From an uncultured delta proteobacterium (GTDB lineage: Bacteria; Bdellovibrionota; FAC87; UBA2466): a stretch of DNA of 64,000 bases. How positions within the stretch are numbered: the stretch's first letter is position 1; every line of letters begins with the position of its first letter. The notes beneath the pieces were generated by a model. It did no database searches, was not told the origin of the DNA, and was given only the letters and a program-made list of their open reading frames with translations. The position numbers were made by a program, and so were the translations under genes. The stretch is from assembly GCA_963778115.1 (NCBI GenBank), contig CAVZSV010000005.1, positions 480,001-544,000 of the forward strand, written 5' to 3'. This document shows positions 59,175 to 64,000 of this stretch, piece after piece.

Positions 59175-60950
59175 CTAGAAAGCGGCGTTCCAGCTTTTCG
59201 AAAGCCTGAACGCGGAATTAATAATACCTACGTGGGAATATGCTTGGGGAAAATTCCCCCACAGCTCGCCGGTTTGAGGATCGACGTCTTCAGAAAGAAG
59301 CCCCACATGATTGGAGCAGGAGAGTGCCTGTTCAAAAATGCGACGTGCCTCTTCCACACGCCCCAAGTCCACCAGAGCGTCTACCATCCAAAAGGTGCAG
59401 ATCGTAAAAGCATGCTGAGGGAGTCCAAAATCGTCATGATTGCGATAACGAAACACATAGCCACGGTTCATAAGTCGTTTTTCGCACTGTTCTACGAGGC
59501 TTCGAAAGCGCGCATTATCCGGAGTATGAAAGTTCAATGTCGACATCAATAGATTAGAAGCGTCGGCGTCGGCCCCACCATAAGCCTGGGTGTACATGCC
59601 CAGTTTCTCATTCCACCCCTTTTTTTCAATTTCGGACCGCATGTGGGTAGCCGCTTGCTGCCAATGCGCGAACTCTGAAGACCTTCCTAGTTTGCTAGCG
59701 ATCTTTAACCCGCGGTCCACCGCGGCCCAACACATCACTTTGGAAAAGAGATAGTGGGAACGCTCTCCTCTAAACTCCCAGATTCCGCTATCGGGATTCT
59801 CAAAAGCGACGATCGACCTATCGACGAGTATGCGTACGTTCTCAAAGGCCTGGCTTAGGTCGATCCTATCCAATCGACTGTCGAAAAAAAGCGGGGTCGT
59901 CGAAAGAACCATCTCGCCATAAGCATCAAATTGCGCGTGGGCGTAAGCCGCATTTCCTACCCGCACAGGCCCTATTCCTTTAAAACCCTTTAACCAGGGC
60001 AATTCTCTCTCATACAGCTCTCGCTCGCCGCCGATACCGTAAACCGGCTGCAATTCGCCGTGGGACTCGGTTACCGCGATATTGTGGAGATACTGAATAA
60101 ATTTTTCCATCTCCTCGAAGTGACCGAGTTGGTTCAAAACATTGATCACAAAGTAAGCGTCTCTAAGCCAACAATAGCGGTAGTCCCAAGTACGCCCTCC
60201 CAGAGGAGATTCCGGAATCGACGTGGTCGTCGCCGCTATAATGGCACCGGTATCCTCGAAGATATGGAGTTTTAAAGCGAGTGCCGATCGAATCACCGCA
60301 TCCTGATACTCAAAGGGGATGCTGCAATGTTTCACCCACGTTCGCCAATAGGAGACGGTTCTTTCCAAGAACTCTTCGCAACTAAACTTAAGAGGCCTCT
60401 CGAAACGCTCCCCATGGCTGACGACACAGTATTTGGTTCCGCCTAGCTCAAAGGGCTGTCCCCCTAAGACGTGGGTATGAGGGATATCGGTGTGCAAAAA
60501 GAGGCGGTCCCCTTCCGAACGATAAACAATGGAATCCCCGGTCAAACCGATCTCCGGAGCGGATCTCCCGTAATCAAAGCGAGGTTGAAAGGTCATTCTT
60601 ACTTTGGGATTACCGTTCACAGTCCTTAGAATTCTAATAAATTGTGGAGGACGGTAGTAATGGTCATCATCGAGAAATCGAGGAGCGAAATCAAAGAGGT
60701 CAAACCGGTCACCGTTTTGAAGGTGGAATTCGGTCTGAAGGACGTTAGTGTTCCGTAAGTATCTGCTCTTGGTCGTAAAAGGAATCGTAGGCAGGCACGC
60801 CCACACCCCGGCCTCATCTCCCCCCAGAATCGCTCCGAATACGGAGGCGGAGTCCATCCGAGGCATGCAAGACCAAACATACCTTCCCTCTTTATCGATA
60901 AGGGCAGAGACCTGACAATTTCCGATCAGAGCGTAATCAAGTTGACTCAT
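59175..60950 (-). CDS. Glycoside hydrolase family 15 (trehalase-like)
   Basis: DYALIGN, TTSIPE, WDYRYCWLRD, GIWE.R, LLSE, GNFPQAYSH. Confidence 0.92.
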   Translation of the reverse strand: MSQLDYALIGNCQVSALIDKEGRYVWSCMPRMDSASVFGAILGGDEAGVWACLPTIPFTTKSRYLRNTNVLQTEFHLQNGDRFDLFDFAPRFLDDDHYYRPPQFIRILRTVNGNPKVRMTFQPRFDYGRSAPEIGLTGDSIVYRSEGDRLFLHTDIPHTHVLGGQPFELGGTKYCVVSHGERFERPLKFSCEEFLERTVSYWRTWVKHCSIPFEYQDAVIRSALALKLHIFEDTGAIIAATTTSIPESPLGGRTWDYRYCWLRDAYFVINVLNQLGHFEEMEKFIQYLHNIAVTESHGELQPVYGIGGERELYERELPWLKGFKGIGPVRVGNAAYAHAQFDAYGEMVLSTTPLFFDSRLDRIDLSQAFENVRILVDRSIVAFENPDSGIWEFRGERSHYLFSKVMCWAAVDRGLKIASKLGRSSEFAHWQQAATHMRSEIEKKGWNEKLGMYTQAYGGADADASNLLMSTLNFHTPDNARFRSLVEQCEKRLMNRGYVFRYRNHDDFGLPQHAFTICTFWMVDALVDLGRVEEARRIFEQALSCSNHVGLLSEDVDPQTGELWGNFPQAYSHVGIINSAFRLSKSWNAAF

Positions 60951-63187
60951 CCAGCGGCTCCAAGAACGACCTGCTTTCGGTCAGAAATCTTATGCACTTC
61001 GACCAAGAAGTTGATCGCCCAATCATAGATGTTATTGCGCGAGATTAACTCACGCATACGAGACATTCTTACCCGACGCTCCTCGCGACTGGAGATTAAC
61101 GCCCGGTAAATCGCATCGGCAGTGTTGTCCAAATCGTACGGGTTTACCACGTAAGCGTCTTTGAGTTCCCGGGCAGCGCCCGTAAAGCTACTGAGTATCA
61201 ACGCGCCTCCGAGATCGGTTCGGGCAGCCACAAATTCCTTAGCTACTAGATTCATTCCGTCATGGAGCGAGGTCACCACACACAAATCAGCGGCAGAGTA
61301 GAAACGAAATACTTCCTGCTCCGAATGGTGCTCCACCCTTAGCAGAATAGGTTCATAGCTTTCTCGACCGAATCGACGGTTAATGCGAAGGGAGAGTTCT
61401 CTGACTTCGATATCGAGTTCTTGGTACCTTTGAATGTGGGTTCTGCTAGGAGCTGAAATTTGGATAAAGACAAATCGTCCAATGAGCTCCGGATGCTGCT
61501 CCAATAATCTCTCGACAGCACACAGCCGCTCTACAATTCCTTTAGTGTAATCCATTCTGTCGACGCCAACGGCAACAATGGCTTCGGAGGGAATCGCCAG
61601 TTCGTCTAAGAGCTGAGAGCGGACCGCCGGTATCTGTTCGGCGGGAAAAGCCTGCTTGCTAGGCCAATCGATGCTTATCGGAAACGGCTTAATGTGGCAG
61701 GTGTGGCCTTTCATCGTAACCGTAAAGTTCTCGCGATCCACCCGCGCTTCCATAAAGGAATCGATCGAGTCCAAGAAGTTATTGCAGTGATGCTGTATGT
61801 GAAAACCAATCAAATCCGCTCCCAACATCCCTTCAAGAAGCTCCGTCTTCCAAGGACAGATCCGAATGGACTCGGGATTCGGCCAAGGAATATGCCAAAA
61901 GAGGCTCGTCACGGCGTCAGAACGCCGCTTACGAATCATTTCTGGGAGACTGGCAAAGTGATAGTCCTGTATCAGTGCTATCGGTGCCTTCTCTTTCATC
62001 TCGTCACAAAACGCAGACGCAAACTTTTCGTTCACCGCTACGTACTGCTTCCAGTCCTCTTTTCGAAAAATGGGGCGGGTATGCGCAATGTGACAGAGGG
62101 GCCAAAGCCCTTCATTGGCGAAACCATAGTAGTATCCTTCTTCCTCTTCACGCGTTAGCCACACGCGTTTAAGAGCGTACTCAGGATTTTGAGGGGGCAC
62201 CAGAATAACGCCGTGGCGATCCGCCGTCTCTCTGTCAGCGGAGCCACTCCCATGACCAATCCATACGCCAGAACAGGCCTTCACGATGGGCTCCATCGCG
62301 GTAACTAATCCACTCGCTGGTCGTACGACCTCAATTTTTTTTCCTTTCCGACTGTGAACATAGGGTTCTCGATTGGCGACGACGCAAATTTGGGATGCCT
62401 GGAAAAGGTGCTGCGCCTCCTCGCGCAATCGCCTGGCATCGGTAACCGTGCTATCCACCGGAGGGCTTGCATTCTTGCGTCTTGAAAATTCGCTCAGAAT
62501 CTTTGAAAGGTCTTTTACAAATGGCGTAAAGTCCGGATTTTCGAAAACCCCAGCAAGCTTAGTCGTGTCGCCCTTAAGAAGAGCTTTGACCGCCATGGTC
62601 ACCTGCTCCATCCGCCGACTGGCACTCCATCGGTAAAGAATCAACGTAACGACAGCCACCAAGAATAGAAGGACTAGAAAGGCAAAAAGAACGTACTTGC
62701 GAGTGAGCATTCCCGCATAGCTCATCGACTTGCTAGAGTCCTGAAAAATGTAGAGCGCCCCCACAATGCGGCTTTCGTCATCACGAAGGGGAAATCTCGA
62801 CTGGAAAACTCCTTGGCGCTCTACCTCAAGAAAGTGGTGAGCAACCGTTTCGCTCATCTGGCAAGGGATCATTTTCGGTGCTTTGGCGGTGCGCAAAAGG
62901 ACAGTACCGTCGCTACTACAAACCGTAAGGCCCAGCACTCGCTGCTCGAGCGAAACGCTCTTTAGCATTTTTTCCGAAATGCGGGGTCTCGGACTTTCAA
63001 TAGCCGTTGCCAGAGCAGGTTCGACACTCTCGGCAACCAAAGTGGCCCTTTGTTCGAGTTCGGCCTGCATCGCCTTTCGCTCAAGCCGGTCGAGCAGTCC
63101 CAAAAAGGACAAAGCCACAACAACCAGAGCGGGAACCAACATTAATAGAAAGCGCAGCGAAGTTCGTTTGGTCTTCAACATCATCAT
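60947..63187 (-). CDS. otsA: Trehalose-6-phosphate synthase (GT20) with N-terminal 2-TM extracytoplasmic domain
   Basis: VANREP, QDYH, HIPWP, VDRMDYTKG, DGMNLVAKE; about 260-aa N-terminal extension. Confidence 0.9.
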   Translation of the reverse strand: MMMLKTKRTSLRFLLMLVPALVVVALSFLGLLDRLERKAMQAELEQRATLVAESVEPALATAIESPRPRISEKMLKSVSLEQRVLGLTVCSSDGTVLLRTAKAPKMIPCQMSETVAHHFLEVERQGVFQSRFPLRDDESRIVGALYIFQDSSKSMSYAGMLTRKYVLFAFLVLLFLVAVVTLILYRWSASRRMEQVTMAVKALLKGDTTKLAGVFENPDFTPFVKDLSKILSEFSRRKNASPPVDSTVTDARRLREEAQHLFQASQICVVANREPYVHSRKGKKIEVVRPASGLVTAMEPIVKACSGVWIGHGSGSADRETADRHGVILVPPQNPEYALKRVWLTREEEEGYYYGFANEGLWPLCHIAHTRPIFRKEDWKQYVAVNEKFASAFCDEMKEKAPIALIQDYHFASLPEMIRKRRSDAVTSLFWHIPWPNPESIRICPWKTELLEGMLGADLIGFHIQHHCNNFLDSIDSFMEARVDRENFTVTMKGHTCHIKPFPISIDWPSKQAFPAEQIPAVRSQLLDELAIPSEAIVAVGVDRMDYTKGIVERLCAVERLLEQHPELIGRFVFIQISAPSRTHIQRYQELDIEVRELSLRINRRFGRESYEPILLRVEHHSEQEVFRFYSAADLCVVTSLHDGMNLVAKEFVAARTDLGGALILSSFTGAARELKDAYVVNPYDLDNTADAIYRALISSREERRVRMSRMRELISRNNIYDWAINFLVEVHKISDRKQVVLGAAG

Positions 63188-63434
63188 AATTCCAACTTAA
63201 AAACCGGCAACTTAGAAGATCCGGACCGATTGAAGGTGCTAGCACCATAACAAATGATGGGACTCCGATCCACTATCGAATTCAGTCGTGATTTCGGACA
63301 CAACGAGACCGAAATTCGGACCTATCCGACGATCTCACACAGAGAACAACGGCAATGAAATTGCACTGCTCCCCCTCGTGAAAAAACAATTCAGGGCTTG
63401 TGGATCAAAGTGATTCATCCAGGAGGATTTTCCA

Positions 63435-64000
63435 GTGTGGACAGAAACCATCTCTTCTTTTTTCCTAGCGGCGTTAATTACTTCCTGCGGAGCGAAGTCT
63501 TCGGATAGCACGGCTCCCTCCCCTCCCGTGGCAATCGCCAAGATCGCAAGCGAAACCGTCTCTGCGCTGACGTTAGAATTGGTTCCCCTACTGTCCCCCA
63601 ATAACTATCAAGTGCGACTGCTATGGCCTTGCCGATCCGACGCCGGCACCTGGCTACTGGAGCGAAAGATTGGATTTGGCCCCTGGCATCCGCTAACCAC
63701 CCTTCCGGGAGAGACTCAAGAATATCGGGATACGGACATTCGCTCGGGTACCGAATACTCGTATGCACTTTCCCGATGGGACGGCCATGCCGATCCGAGA
63801 ACAATTACCACCATAGCCATTCCCCAAGATCTGGAAATTCGCGAGATAGCCCATTTGTCCTCTATTCGAGGAGTGCACCGTCTTTTTTTAAGAGGAGGAG
63901 CCCGACTCTATCCCGATCATTCACGCCTGTTGATTGATGTTCACGAACTGATTTCCGAGGGCGGCATCATAGAGACCTTTGCTGAAAATAGTCGAGCAGC
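63435..64000 (+). CDS. Lipoprotein with FN3-like domain, truncated by the window edge
   Basis: Not in the ORF track. AGGAGG SD, GTG 63435, MWTETISSFFLAALITS-C, VRLLW...YRDTDIRSGTEYSY; open to the edge. Confidence 0.75.
   Translation, partial: MWTETISSFFLAALITSCGAKSSDSTAPSPPVAIAKIASETVSALTLELVPLLSPNNYQVRLLWPCRSDAGTWLLERKIGFGPWHPLTTLPGETQEYRDTDIRSGTEYSYALSRWDGHADPRTITTIAIPQDLEIREIAHLSSIRGVHRLFLRGGARLYPDHSRLLIDVHELISEGGIIETFAENSRA

Noticed and set aside
1..64000. CRISPR arrays, transposases, integrases, prophage genes, rRNA/tRNA
   Set aside because: No regularly spaced repeats or matching protein/RNA signatures seen.

Overview
Bacterial chromosomal window of roughly 50% GC. The gene style (FecR-like membrane proteins, several sigma54 promoters, stand-alone MshEN) suggests a Bdellovibrionota/delta-proteobacteria-like organism; this is inference. 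Four blocks: (1) 1-5.9 kb secreted/FecR-like hypotheticals, a sigma54-driven small protein and a DUF3857/transglutaminase; (2) 6-31 kb Wzx/Wzy-type surface-polysaccharide cluster with many decorating enzymes, where a true Soj/ParA ATPase rather than a BY-kinase is coupled to a kinase-less co-polymerase; (3) 32.7-47.5 kb redox/export island: tatA-tatC-selA-selB divergent from apbE / FMN-binding protein / internally Tat-signalled polyferredoxin / tatA, then a diheme Thr-rich lipoprotein cytochrome, two paralogous beta-barrels, an MshEN protein and a sigma54-driven FAD/NAD oxidoreductase; (4) 47.7-64 kb two-component genes, a sigma54 enhancer-binding protein, twin divergent sigma54 promoters that appear to drive an unannotated ~255-nt structured sRNA and a long structured leader, and an otsA (with sensor-like domain)-GH15-otsB trehalose operon. 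I saw no tRNA/rRNA, CRISPR array or mobile element, and found no selenoprotein or tRNA-Sec by eye.
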